A stretch of DNA of 64,000 nt, taken from positions 12,605,899 to 12,669,898 of the forward strand of contig NC_057750.1 in the NCBI RefSeq assembly GCF_004010195.1, given 5' to 3'. Both the position numbers and the translations under genes were made by a program. Positions 24,101 through 37,011 of this stretch are shown here, one piece after another. This DNA comes from Chiloscyllium plagiosum. Its lineage: Eukaryota. Each line of letters begins with the position of its first letter. Position 1 is the stretch's first letter. The notes under the pieces were generated by a model that was given only the letters and a program-made list of their open reading frames with translations, did not search any database and was not told where the DNA came from.

Positions 24101-27100
24101 TTGGTCTGATTGAATCTCTCTGGGTAGCCCATACTGCATGAAGAAAGCTACGAACTCCTCTACCACTCTTTTTGCCTTAATACTCTGTAATGGAATTGCC
24201 TCTGGAAATCTGGTAGACACATCCATTATGGTTAGCAAATATTGGTTCCCACTTTTAATTTCAGAGAGGGGACCTACATAGTTAATTCATAACTCACATG
24301 AAACTCTTCAAATGCGGGAATTGGCAATAAAGGTGCATTTATTACTACCTATGGCTTACCCACCATTTGGCATGTATGACGTGTATAACACAAGTTAATT
24401 ACATCCTTGTGCATTCAATGGCAATAGAATGTACCTTAGCCGAGTTGTCCTCACACCTAGGTGACCTCCTATGGGTAATTCATGTGCTACCTGTAACTCT
24501 TTGTGTCTGCATGCAACTGGCAACACAATCTGGTGCACTTCTGCGCAAATTCTCCTCTGCACTAACCTGCCATAGTCTCCATTTTTGTCTTGGATTCTGT
24601 GTTTAAGATAATGCCCCTCAGGAATATTCTCTGACTCCTTTGCTGAGTATGCATCAACATATATATGTTCTTTTGTCTCATCTTTCTGTTGTAAGTCCAT
24701 TAACCTTTCAGGACTAAACACCTCTTTTTGACCCTCTGCCTGTTCAGGTTTTTTCGGCACCATTACATCAAACAGGGTGCCTGCTAACTGAATCTCAACT
24801 CCTTCATCTTTCTCTTTAGTTTTTGCTTTGTGCTGTGACTTATGACAGTGGGATCTTGTTACTACACAGTCTAGAAAAATTCCAGGTATTTTTCTTTGAA
24901 TTCCTTCGTTCCCCTGTTCCCTGGTTTTTCTTTGGCTTCTTCACAACAAAGGGTATCACTCCCACCTTGGATTCTGCTAAATCATTCCCAGGAACAAACT
25001 GTATTCCTGGAACTGACACTCTATCAATCATCCCCATTATTACTTCCCCAGTCTTGAGTTGAAACTCCACCCTGATCTTACATAGGAGAACGCTAAATTT
25101 ATGTCCATCTATCCCACAAATTACCACTCTCTAAGGTAACAGATAGCGTGCAAATACGTTCATCTCTTACTATTAGAGACTGATTAGATCCTCCATCTGT
25201 CAAAATGATAACTTCTTTCCCTCCTCCCCCTGTTCTTTCTGAGTAAACTTTACCCACAGAGGCAAATTCTTAATAAGATCAGGCACTAACTCCATACCCA
25301 ACCCCTGCCGAGGCTGTGCACTCTCCTGCAGCTCCTTGACTTTTCTTGGGATTTTATTTACTACTTTCACTAATGCCACTGACTTTGCCTCTTTTACCAC
25401 ATCTTTTCCCAAAGTGCTTTTCTTTAATGACTAGCACTGTGACTTTACATATACCACTTTATCACAATGGAAACCCCTGAGGCCTTTCACATCCTTTCCA
25501 CCTTCTTGGACATTTTTTAAAACTGTGGTAAAGAATTACCAGTGTTCTCTACTCTTTGTTTTGTAGTGTTGGATCTCCCCTTCTAAAAATTTCTAATCCT
25601 CACAGGATGAAATTCTTTCCGGAAGCTAAACTTTGCCTTATGCACCAGTGCATATTCAACTGCCATCTCTGGTGCGCATCTCACTTCTTGAACTTTCTGT
25701 GAATCCACATGATTTCTTATCATCTCTGAAAGTGAATTTTTAAACTCCTCCAGCAGAATAATCTCTCTTAGAGCCTCATAGGCCTTAACTATTTTTAAGG
25801 CCCACACCCATCTATCAAAATTACTATGTTTAATTCTTTTGAACTCTAAGTAAGTCTGACCTGGTTGCTTCTTTATGTTTCTGAATGCTGTCAATACGTT
25901 TCTGCTACCAATTCATAAGCACTCAAAATAGCCTGTTTGACAACTGCATAATGTCTTACCCCTCATCTGACAGCGCTGTAAATACCTCACTAGCTCTGCC
26001 TACCAGCTTAGTCTGAACTAGCATTACCCACAAGTTCTCTGACCAGTCCATCTGCCTAACCAATTTTTCAAATGAAATAAAGAAGGCTTCAACATCTTTC
26101 TCATCAAAATGTGGCAATGTTTTAACATATTTGTACATATCACAACCTCCTCTCTTCATCTCCATCCTGTTAACTTGACTTTCCTGACTAATTCACAAAC
26201 TTCTGAAGTTCAAATTCTCTCTCCCTTTCTTTTTCTTCTCTTTGTCTTTCTTTCTTTTGACTCTCTCTTTCTTCTCTCTTTGCTCAGCTAAGAACCTTCT
26301 CTCTCTTTCATTTTCCTCCAACATGACTCTTCTTTCCTTTTCTTTATCTTCTAACTCCATTTTCTTCAATTGTAATTTAGGTTTTTCTAACTCTACTGCA
26401 CTTGTTTATTTCTCTGACACACCTAAGTGCTGGACTAACTCCTTTTGTCCTTGGTTAGACTCAATTCCTTTTGTCCTTGGTTAGACTCAATTCTAACCTC
26501 CTTGCTAATTTTAAAAGTATGGCCTTGTTCTGTCTTTCTGAACTTTCTTGGCAAACTTGAGAATCATTTTCAAACCCCAGAACCTCTTTAGCAATCTTAA
26601 GAGCCATTTCTCTTGCTTATAATTTAACCAACTATAAGTAACCAAAATTAAACAAATTGTCTCCCCTACATTTTATTTGAAGATCTAGGACACTAATTGG
26701 CAAGTGTTTAAATGTGTTGGGCTCTTTTGTACACCAAATCTGTTCAAATCTGTCCAAATCTCAGACCGGATCCGTCTAAACCTGTCCAAATCACAGATCC
26801 AAGCCTCCAAATTGTTCCAACATGGCAGTGAACCCTTATGCTAATTCAACAAAACACCCAGAAAAGCTCACCTCGCCTCATAATCTGTAAAAGGGTGAGT
26901 GGCGGAGATCTGCCAAATTCCACTATTTAAAGAAAAAAAATATCAATTTATTCTTTAACTCTAAAAATGAACATTAAACAAAACTATTTACAACTATAAG
27001 CCTCTTTTCTCTTAAATGTTTGTTATCTACCTCCCACTCAATAACAATATACTGTTCTGATAAAAATCCATATTAAAATTACATCAACTTAATTTCAAAA

Positions 27101-27529
27101 CCACACAGTGGCTGTTGTCTCCGATGTCTGTCTTCCACTGGCTGTAGATCTTCTTGTTGATTGTCTTTGGTCTTTTGCTGCAAAGATATTTCATATGATA
27201 AAGGTGCCTTTGAGAGTGTATTGATGGCAGTTGGTCTTTCTGTTTAACTGTCAAAATCTCTGCTTCTTTACACCCCCATCATTGGATCGTTTCATTGGTT
27301 CAATGTTGGCAATTCCTGGGGCATAGTTTAAACTGATTGGTTCAATTCGAATGGTTGTCAAAACAGCAGCCAATACTCAGATATTTGTTTCATAGCCAAA
27401 TGTTACATATTTTCAATATTCTATATACTCTGAGACTGCTAGACAGTCACATGACAGGTACCTACATGCTCTCCATGCAAAACAGCTTTCTCTCTTAAAG
27501 GTACTGTACACTCCTTCAACTTCATAACA
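21163..27529 (-). mobile_element. Gmr1-type Gypsy LTR retrotransposon, near full length, degenerate
   Basis: LTRs at 26813-27529 and 21163-21717 (truncated). PBS-like tggaggcttgga just inside 26812; PPT at 21718-21737. gag from ATG 26607 with SCAN-like region; protease ILTDGGSNQSL ~25200; integrase ~24500-23520 precedes RT (CVDYRK, YLDD) ~23260-22520 and RNase H (TDHNPL). Confidence 0.88.
21587..21686 (-). mobile_element. PLE terminus inserted in the Gmr1-type 3' LTR
   Basis: ctgaaaatgtgttgctggaaaagcgcagc...cccttcttcagg; occupies the place of an LTR segment that is present in the 5' LTR. Confidence 0.8.
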
Positions 27530-29818
27530 AATAGCATTTGCCACCCTCCAATCATCTGGCACTACTCTAGTGGACAGTGAGGATGCAAAGATCATCGCCA
27601 AAGGTGCAGCAATCTCTTCCCTCGCTTCCTGTAGTAACCTAGGGTATATCCCGTCTGGCACAAGTTCCCTTCACAATCCCTATCAGCCCTACCCTCACTC
27701 TGACCATCCTCTTGTTCCTTACATAAGTGTAGAACACCTTAGGGTTTTCCTTAATCATACCCAGTAAAGCTTTTTCATGCCACCTTACCCAAGTACTTTC
27801 TTCAGTTCTTTCCTGGCTACTTTGTAACCCTTTAACCTTGTCTGATCCTTGCCTCCTCAACCTTAAGCAAGCTTCCTTCTTCCTTTTGACTAGATGTTCC
27901 ACATCCCTTGTCACCCAAGGTTGTTTCAACCTATCAACCCTTCCTTGTCTCAGTGTGCCAAACCTGTCTAGCACTATCAGCAGGTGTTTCTGAAACAACC
28001 TCCACATTTCTGTTGTGCATTTCCCTGAGAACATCTGTTCCCAATTTAAGCTCCCCAGTTCCAGCCAAATAGCATTTTAATTCCCCCTCCTCCAATTAAA
28101 TACTTGCCCATACCATCTGTTCCTATCCTTCTTCATGAGTATAATAAAGGTCATGGAGTTGTGGTCACTGCCACCGAAATGCTTTCCCACTGAGAGATCT
28201 GACACTTGGCTGGTTTGTTGCCAAGCGCCAAATCCAATATGGCATCCCCTCCAGTTGGCCTATCTACATAATGTGTCAGGAACCCTTCCTGGACACACCT
28301 GACAAAATCTACTCCATCCAAACTATTTGAACTAAGTAGGTTCCAATCAATGTTAGGGAAGTTAAAGTCACCCATGACAACAACCCTATTACTTCTGCAC
28401 CTTTCCAAAATCTCCCTCACAATCTGCTCCTCCGTGTCTCTGTTGCTATTGGGGGGCCTGTAGAAAACTCCCAATAAAGTGACTGCTCCTTTCCTATTTC
28501 TGACTTCCAACCATACTGATCCTGTGAACAAACCCTCCTAGACTCTCTCACTTTCTGCAGCTGTGATACTATCCCTGATTAGCAAACCCACTCCTCCACC
28601 TCTTTTACCTCCTCCCTCTGTTCCTTTTGAAACATATAAACCCTGGAATATCCAAGTCTTCATAATAGCCACAACATCATAGTTCCAAGTACTGATCCAT
28701 GCTCTGAGTTTGTTACCCTTATTCCTGATACTTATTACATTAAAATAGACACACTTCAATCCATCTAACTGATTGTACTTTTGCCCTTTCAAGTGCCTAG
28801 TTCTCTTCACAGACTCTCTGCATGCGGTATCTGTCTGTTCACTACTTACTCCATCATCTGATCCATAGCTCCTGTTCCCGCCCCCCCTGCCAATCTAGTT
28901 TAAACGCTCCCGAAGAGCCCCACCAAACCGCCTGCCCAGGATATTGGAGCCCCTTCAGTTCAGGTGCAACCCATCCTTCTTGTACAGATCTCACCTTCCC
29001 CAAAAGATATCCCAATGATCCACATATCTGAAGCTCTCCCTCCTACACCAGCCCTGCAGCCATGTGTTCATCTGCGCTCGTTCTGTATTCCTAGTCTCAC
29101 TAGCACATGGCACCAGTAGCAACCCTGAGATTACTATTCTGCTCGTCCTGCCTTCTAGCTTCCAATCTAACTCCCTATATTCTTTTTTCAGGTCCTCATC
29201 CCTTTCCCTACCTATGTCACTGGTACCAATGTGTACCACAACTTCAAGCTGCTCTCCCTCCCCCTTGTAGACTCGATCTGAGACATCCTTGACCCTGGTA
29301 CCCAGGAGCAACACACCATCTGGGAGTCTCGCTCGCAATCACAGAATCTCCTGTCTGTTCCTCTCACAATTGAATCTCCTCTGACTATTTCTCCTATCCT
29401 CCCACCTTCCCTTCTGAGCCGGAGAGCCAGGCTTAGTGCCAGAAACCTGGCCGTAGTGGATTTCCCCTGATAGGTCGTACCCCTCAACATTATCCAAAAC
29501 AGTATACTTATTATTGAGGGGAATGGCCACAGGGGGTCCCTGCTCATTCTGCTTATTCCCTTTCCCTCTCCTAACGGTCACCCAGCTATCTTTATCCTGT
29601 AACTTAGGTGTGACTACCTCCCTTTAACTCCTCTAAATGACCCTTTCAGCTTCCCAAATGATCTAAAGTTCATCCAGCTCCAGCTCCAGCTCCAGTTCCA
29701 GTTCCCTAACGCGGTCTGTGAGGAGCTGGAGTTGGGTGCACTTATCGCAGGTGAAGTCAGCAGGGACACGAGTGGTGACCCTTATATCCCACATCCTGCC
29801 AAAGGAGCATGCAACTGC
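27530..29818 (-). mobile_element. CR1 LINE 5' half (ORF1 plus APE endonuclease), degenerate
   Basis: ORF1 esterase IVRGDSIVRGTDRRFC and VVVHIGTSD; ORF2 LKCVYFNVISIRNK, GVFYRPP, VMGDFNFPNIDW. Cut at the Gypsy LTR. Confidence 0.9.
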
Positions 29819-29836
29819 CAGGAGGGGTGTAGTGAT

Positions 29837-30885
29837 AGTAATGAGGTCAGCCAGCTGGACCTCATAGAGTTCCCTAATTGGCGCTCCAAATCTGGTCCAA
29901 TCAGACAGCCTTTGAGGACATGTAAACAGGGTGAATAGGGCAGCGGTAGACGTCTAGTACGTGGCCACCGCCATCCGACGCCTTAAAACGGCGGTGCTCG
30001 GACCCGACGTAGTGCACCAGTTGGAGGACGCTCAGGTGTGCGGCGGGATCCCGTCCGTGCTCACCCCAGCCCGGACGGAATTTCACATTGGCCCCAAGGT
30101 CCCGTACTTCCCGCGGGAGCCTGTGCCCCACAACCTGAGCCGCCTCCGAAATTTTAACTTTGTTTCGTTTAGGGAGGTGAACAGGAGAGCCCTGTACAGA
30201 CTGCTGCTGCACACCGTCCACCTCTTCTCCCTCACCCACCGTCCGGACACGCCTTGGCGTGCCCACTTGCCACCGGGCGGTGGGGATCCCCAGTGGAGGG
30301 CTCTCTACGCGGGAGTCCTCCCCCTTTCCCTCGGGGATCTGGGGTGGAGGGTGCTGCACGCAGCAGTCCCCTGCAACCGCAGATTGCGGTGGTTCACGGA
30401 CTCCCAGCCCAACTGCTTGTTCTGTGGCGCTGTGGAGCCCGTGGCTCCCCTTCACTGTTTTGATCACACAGCACTGTCCCTTGATGTGAAGGGCAGTGCT
30501 TGTCACTGGCCACCCGGGTGTTTTCCTATCTTCCTGGTGGTGGAAATTGAATAAAGATTCGTGCACTTTGTGTCTCTCACTGTGTCTTCCACCTGCACAC
30601 ACACACACCTTGGGTGCTGGGGATAAAATAAGCACTACCGCATTTAGGTGGTAGTGTGGGGGTTAAATTAAAAAAAATGAAAGTTTTTAAAAAAAAAAAT
30701 AATATCAGGAATGGAGAGGAAAAAAAAGAAGAAAAAAAGAAACAAAAAAAAAGTAAACAGGGTGAATGTCAGAAATACTGACAGTCTGGTACCTGATGCT
30801 GAATGAAAGCAGTATTAAAGTCAGGCACCGTTCATCTGTAAGCGAAGAGTGACTTGAGAATGCTGGCCTCTGTGGAGCTGTTTCA
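29837..30885 (+). mobile_element. Mag-type Gypsy LTR (3' LTR-like), split by a Tx1 insertion
   Basis: Aligns end to end with 17638-17865 once 29937-30767 is removed; preceded by purine-rich ggagggg. Confidence 0.8.
29937..30752 (+). mobile_element. Young Tx1-like LINE, 5'-truncated, 15-bp TSD
   Basis: TSD gtaaacagggtgaat at 29922-29936 and 30753-30767. CpG-rich; encodes LGDLGWRVLH...CLFCGAVE; AATAAA ~30550; A-rich tail. Confidence 0.88.
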
Positions 30886-31777
30886 CCATCTGGCCAATTA
30901 TCTCTCCCTTATTCTACTCTCATTTGTTAGTATACTAACAGAATGATATTATTAATGGTGCTGTCAGGTAGCACCTTCTCACCAGTGCTCAGTCTAAATT
31001 CCACTCGGATCATTACAACCTTGATCCGAACACGGCCAGAAGAGCTAAATTTCAGAGCTGATGTGAAAGTAATTGACCTTAATATTATAACAGATTTTGT
31101 TAAAAGTGGCAGGAAGGAACTTTAGCAATATTTCTGTAAGGCCTAATAGCAGGGGGAAACTGAAGGCAGTCTTCTTGCCTGTCTGGATACAGCTGTGGTC
31201 ACAAGCCATCCTTTCATGATTGTTCCTCCACAGTAATAGCCCAGATGCTGACACCAGTTTTTACTATTAAATTAGAGGAGAGCGTACCTCTCTGTTAACC
31301 TGAACTGAGAAGGTTACCATCACTCTGATTATTACACCTGTCATTTAATCATGATGTTTAATTAATACCACTTCAGCACTTTACATGTCATTTTATTTCA
31401 TACATGCTTGTGTATTTTCTCCTTCCCTTTGTTAATCTCCAAAACACTGCAGTTTTGATCAAAAGTCCATTCCCAAGAGGTTAACTTTTTTTATTTTCAC
31501 AGGTACAGTTGGACCTGCTGAATAGATCCAGCATTTTCTAATTTGTACTACCAGATTTTCTGCATCTGGAGTTTCTTTTTAACTTCTCATTCATAAAATT
31601 ATCTGACAAATTGGAAACCAATCTCAAATATCCTCTATTGATGGTATCCAGGGAATGCTTGAGACCATTCAGACTTATAATTGTTTTAGCCTCTTGCATA
31701 TGACATCAATAACCATTTGTCATACTACACATACCCTTGGGCTTTGCAGAATGAAACTGGTTGTAATTCTCTTTCAG

Positions 31778-31877
31778 GGGAATTGATACAAGCACATACT
31801 GCGACTACAGACTTGAATTTTTAATTCATTTACATGGATTGCCCCTTAATCCTTACCGAGGACTTATGTTCATGCTT
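31778..31877 (+). CDS. CATSPERG: CatSper gamma coding exon (100 nt, phase 2-0)
   Basis: Acceptor ttctctttcag|, donor ctt|gtaagt. Encodes GIDTSTYCDYRLEFLIHLHGLPLNPYRGLMFML, cf. mammalian [33 protein letters not shown]. Confidence 0.95.
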
Positions 31878-31920
31878 GTAAGTAGTAAAATTGTGTAGGT
31901 GGAATGTTGAAGTAGTTGCT

Positions 31921-32405
31921 ATAGAGTCATAGAGATGTATAGCACGGAAACAGACCCTTCGGTGCAACTCATCTATGCCGACTAGATATCCTAACTAATC
32001 TAGTCTCATTTGCCAGCACTTCACCCACATCCCTCTAAACCCTTCCTCTTCATATACCCAACCAGATGCCTTCTAAATGTTGTAATTGTACTAGTCTCCA
32101 CCACTTCCTCTCGCACCTCATTCCATAAGTGCACCACCCTCTGCATGAAAAGGTTGCTCCTTACGGCCCTTTTAAATTTTTCCCTTGTCACCTTAAACCT
32201 ATGCCCTCTAGTTCTGGACTCCCCCACCCCAGGAAAAAGACTTTGTCTATTTACCCTATCTATGCCCCTCATGATTTTATAAACCTCTGTAAGGTCACCC
32301 CTCAGCCTCTGATGCTCCAGGGAAAACAGCCCCAGCCTATTCAGCCTCTCCCTGTAGCTCAAGCCCTCCAATCCTGGCAACATCCTTGTAAATCTTTTCT
32401 GAACC
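31921..32405 (-). mobile_element. CR1 (HER1-like) LINE 3' end
   Basis: Minus ORF 32021-32383 MLPGLEGLSYRERLNRLGLFSLE...TRGHRFK. Confidence 0.9.
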
Positions 32406-32479
32406 CTTTATTTTATATTTTTATAGTTTTTTTTTCAGTCAGTTCTTGTGAGTCAGAAACTGTAAGGTTAATATAGATG

Positions 32480-33050
32480 TACAAACTTGGAACAGTGGTA
32501 GGCCATTTGGCCCCTCAAGCCTGCTCTTATCATTAAGGTCGTGGCTGAACAGATTACTCCACGTTATAGCCTGACTCAAATAATATTTCACCCTATTGAT
32601 TTTAGAATTTATCTCTCTCGGCTTTATTCTCATTTAACATCAATTTCAACTGTGTTTTGAGGAAGTGATAGTTCCAAAGCCTCTCAACCCTATGTAAAAA
32701 AAAAATTGCCTTGTGGCTGTCTTTATTTTTCAACAGTGACCCCTAGTTCTGATTGCTCCAAAAGAGCAAATATCCATTCCACAACTACCCTGCCACCCTC
32801 AGGATCTTATGTACTTATTTCCTGATGAAGGGTTTATGCCCGAAATGTCGATTCTCCTGCTCCTCAGATGCTGCCTGATCTGCTGTGCTTTTCCAGCACC
32901 ACACTCTCGACTCCCTCTTATATACTTCAGTCAACTTGCCTCTTGCTCTTCAAGTTGAGCTTGTCCAACCTTTCCTCATGAGACAACTTCCTAATACAAT
33001 CTAGTAGTCTGGTTAAACTCCTCTGAACTGTTTACAGTGCATTTACATCA
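32480..33050 (-). mobile_element. Old CR1 3' fragment with nested PLE terminus (32817-32915, +)
   Basis: PLE piece cctgatgaagggtttatgcccgaaatgtcg is flanked by a 12-bp TSD tcttatRtactt (32805-32816 and 32916-32927). Confidence 0.7.
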
Positions 33051-33919
33051 CTTTGATGGTGTGGAGCAGCTGGCATGTATTGGATGACAGCACCTGTGGA
33101 CATGAAGTGGATGTGGCTGCTGCTGATGGAGCTTTCCCTGCATGATTGATGACTGGTGTCCAAAGACGGAGGTCTGGAGGCATATACACATCCTGGAGTT
33201 GCCACTAGGATCTTTATGTCAGGAATTCCCAGTGTCTTGGGAATTCCTGACATAAAGATCCTGGAGGTTCTTGGTATATCTCTCCCTCTTCCTGAGGGTG
33301 ATAGAATGGGAACCTGCATATTAAATGGTTGACATTAGGTAATAAATAGGGTGATAATGAGTGACAGTCCCTGTTAATAATCCCCTTGCCACTCATTAGT
33401 AAGATTCTATCTCAGCGCACAGAACACGGAAATCATGAGTTGTTACTCTTGCAATCGAAAAAGATATTTCTTGATTTCTCATACAATTCTGCCAAATGTT
33501 CACCATAGCCCCCACAATTGCAGGATGGTTGGCTATTGTGCTATCACATCCACAAGAGATCTATGAAATCAGTCATTTAATGCATGCAGTTATCTTTTCT
33601 CTTTGACCTTTTCTTCATCCTTTACCTCACAATGCTCCTTACCAAGCCTCTTCCCCAGTGATCATGAATTGGAAAGGTCAATCCTGTGTAGGTTCAGAGA
33701 ACAAATACTTGAGACCAAGCTTTCAGGTGCATGGATGCAGTCTGCTTTGGCTGGGGTACATAAAACATGTAAGTGCACCTTCAATCACAAGTTGCCACTC
33801 TTCCCTTCAGTCACTTGGTTCTGTCATGTCCTTCAGAGCCATCCTGACTTACTCCTCTTTGACACTTTAACAATACTTGCACTGCAACTCAATATAAATA
33901 TCATTTAAAACTTAAAGAA

Positions 33920-35640
33920 CTGCGTAGATGGAGGAGGTTCTGAAAGAAATAGATAAATCTCCAGAGCCAGAAGGAAAGTATCCCAGGCTGATTGAGGCAT
34001 GAGTGGAAATAGCAGGGGCATTGGCAATATTTTTCCATTACTCTCTGGCAACATGAAAGCCAGAGGACAGCCAATGTGGCACTATATTCAAGAAGAGAGA
34101 GAGATATACCAAGAACCTCTAGACCAATCAGTCGAATACCAGTGGTAAGGAAATGACTAGAAGCAATTCTGAGTGACAGATTTAATTTGCAGCTGGAGCA
34201 GCATGGATTAATCAAGAACAGTGAGCATGCTTTTGCTAAGGGGAGGTCATGTCTAACCACTTGATTGGATTTGTCAAAGAGATGGTCCACTGTGTAGATG
34301 AGTGCAATGCATTCAATGTAGCTGACGTGGACTCCAGCAAGGTCTTTGATAAGGCCGAGCATGGGAGATTGATCATGAAGTTAAGTTTCTGTGGAATCCA
34401 AGGAAGTTTGGAAAATTGGATGCTGAATTGGCAGAGTGTGAGGAAGCAGAGCGAGATAGTTGAGGGATGTTTTTGTGACTTGGAAGCATGTGCTTATTGG
34501 GATTCCACAGGGATCGGTGATGGGGCTATTGCTATTTGTATTATACATAAACGATTAAGACTTCAATGTAGGAAGATTGATTAATAATGATATGAAAATT
34601 GGTGGGGTATAGATAGTGAGGGAGGTAGCCTTAGCTTACACGAGGTCATAGAAAGGCTGGTCAGATGAGCTGTTCAGTGGCAAGTGGAACTCAATCTCAT
34701 TATGTGTGAAATGATTCATTTAGGAAGGACAAACAAGGCAAGGAAATACATGATGCATGGTGGGACTCTTAGAAGCACCACGGATCAGATTGAGCTTGGT
34801 GTGCATGTCTACTACAGTTAGAATATTTTATGCAGTTCTACAGTCCACATTATAGAAGGGATGTGAATGCATTGGAGATTAGATTAGATTCCCTACAGTG
34901 TAGAAACAGGCCCTACGGCCCATCTAGTCCACACCGACTCTCCGAAGAGTAACCCACCCAGACTCATTTCCCCGTAACTAATGCACCTAACTCTACGAGT
35001 AATTTAGCATGACCAATTCACCTAACCTGCACATCTTTGGAGTGTGGGAGGAAACCGGAGCACTCGGAGGAAACCCATGCAGACACGGGGAGAATGTGCA
35101 AACTCCACGCAGGCAGTCGCCCGAGGCTGGAATTGAATCCGGGTCTCTGGTACTGTGAGGCATTAGTATAACCACTGAACCACCATAGAGAGGGTGTAGA
35201 GGAAATTTAACAGGCTTGGAGAGAAATTGGATAGACTAGGGTTGTTTTCCTTGGAACAGAGATAACTAAGGAGGGACATGTTTGAGATGTATAAAATTCT
35301 GAGGGGCATAGACAGGAGTAGACATTCAGCATCTTTTCACCTTGGAGGAATCAGTGACCGGGGGGCATAGATTTAAGGTAAGGGGCAAGAGAGGATATGA
35401 GAAAAAAAACTTTTACCCAGACAGTGGTGAGAATTAGAAACTTACTGCCTATAAGGGTGTATAGGCAGAAACCCTCATAACATTGAAGAAGTATTTCTAT
35501 GTGCACTTGAGATAGCAAGGTGTACAGGGCCATGATCCAAGTGTTACAAAATAGGATTAGAATAGTTAGGTGATTGTTTTTGATTGACACAGACTGGTTG
35601 GGTGAAAGTGCCTTTTTCTGTGCTGTATACCTCTATGACT
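33920..35640 (+). mobile_element. Old CR1 ORF2 and 3' end, interrupted by a SINE
   Basis: RT motifs (GRSCLT, SKVFDK, WQVELN), tail at ~35600-35640. Confidence 0.8.
34878..35185 (-). mobile_element. HE1-type tRNA-derived V-SINE
   Basis: tRNA-like head, V-domain gtgtggagtttgcacattctccccgtgtctgc, CR1-derived tail with (aatct)n. Confidence 0.88.
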
Positions 35641-36117
35641 AAAACTATATAGTTACATGGACAATGCAACAACTCCTTAGCCTAATGTCCAGGAAGATGG
35701 GAAGATCACTAAGTATATGCCTTTTACACACAGTTGGATATCTGAAGCAAAGGCTTTATGATTTGATCCAAATTTAATTGAGAAGACTGACTTAATTCTA
35801 ATGAATTATGCTTTTAGTTGAATGATAATGCATGCAGATAAACTTCTTGGCACCTGAGGATGGACAGATGAACCTGTACTTCAAGGTCTGAAAACTTAAT
35901 GACAAAAGTTTGCTTATTATCATGAGCATCTGGTTTATCTGCCCAGATTGCCGACTCTTCTTCTTGCATCCTATGGGTTTGGCAAATCTTTTTCATAGAA
36001 ACACTTCAAGTCAAATTCTAGGCATTTTTTGCTCTTTAATTATATTTAGAAGCCTAAAATGATTGAATATAACTTTAAGCAATGAAGTAATCCTTCTCTC
36101 CCTCTTCTTGGGTTTAG

Positions 36118-36244
36118 ACAACATTGTCCATACTTTGGTTTATACTGTTTTCCTTCATTATCCTTCGCTGCTATCTAAATTGGTTTGAAAAGAGAGTGAA
36201 ATTGTCATCAGCTGCCGATCCAATGGTCCTGCCTAGTCGCATAG
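36118..36244 (+). CDS. CATSPERG: CatSper gamma transmembrane exon (127 nt, phase 0-1)
   Basis: Long pyrimidine tract ending gtttag|, donor tag|gtatgt. Open frame TTLSILWFILFSFIILRCYLNWFEKRVKLSSAADPMVLPSRI completes the single TM helix expected at this position. Confidence 0.82.
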
Positions 36245-37011
36245 GTATGTAACTTGACAATTTATTTACTCTAGACATGGAGTGATGAAAACATTGAGTG
36301 CACAGTGAGTCACAGAGATTATTTTGCACTCTGCCCTCTTGATTTTCACCTTAGACTCTCACAGTCATCTGCTGCTGACTTCCTGGTTTTCTGTCACACT
36401 AGTGTTGATCACCACTCTTTTCCTGCTCCAAACACAGAGCCATGAATGAACGAGGTGACAGTTATTAATGCCTGCTGGTAGTTTGTGTGTGTATGTCTGT
36501 GACTAGCACATCAAATGTCTCACACTGTGCACAGATGTATTTGTGAGTACACTGTTGTGCTATCATTGTAATGGCTGGACTGTTTCGTATTCTCCAATAT
36601 CCCCTCATTTAAATGTTGTAGATTTATTTCCAGCATGTTTGACATCACACACTTGAAATATAAAGGTCGTATATAGGACAGAAGCAGATATGTCCTGACA
36701 CAGTTAACTGTAGCTGCCCCTAGAATATTACATTTTCTGCTGAGAAGGGCAAGAGATTACTTGTGTGCATAGGAGATACAGGTCTGCCTTTTCGTGAGGC
36801 AAAATGCTTTGAATAGTACAGTCCACCAGTGTTAAAACTAAATAAATAAGCCTCCAATTCAAAGTAACTATGCAATGCCAAAAAGCAGACAGTAGCAAAT
36901 AAGGCTAACTTTGTCAAATATTTAGACTACTTTATAAATAGTTTTATAAAGGCAAATTACAGCAGAAGCCTTTCGTAAATTACAATGGGATCTACATCTA
37001 TAACTTTTCAC

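Noticed and set aside
25583..26165. SCAN-like ORFs considered as a domesticated host gene
   Set aside because: Embedded in a frameshifted LTR element with PBS, PPT and pol.
29901..30635. 244-aa minus-strand ORF and CpG-island-like composition
   Set aside because: Antisense of the GC-rich Tx1 insertion; not a promoter island or host gene.
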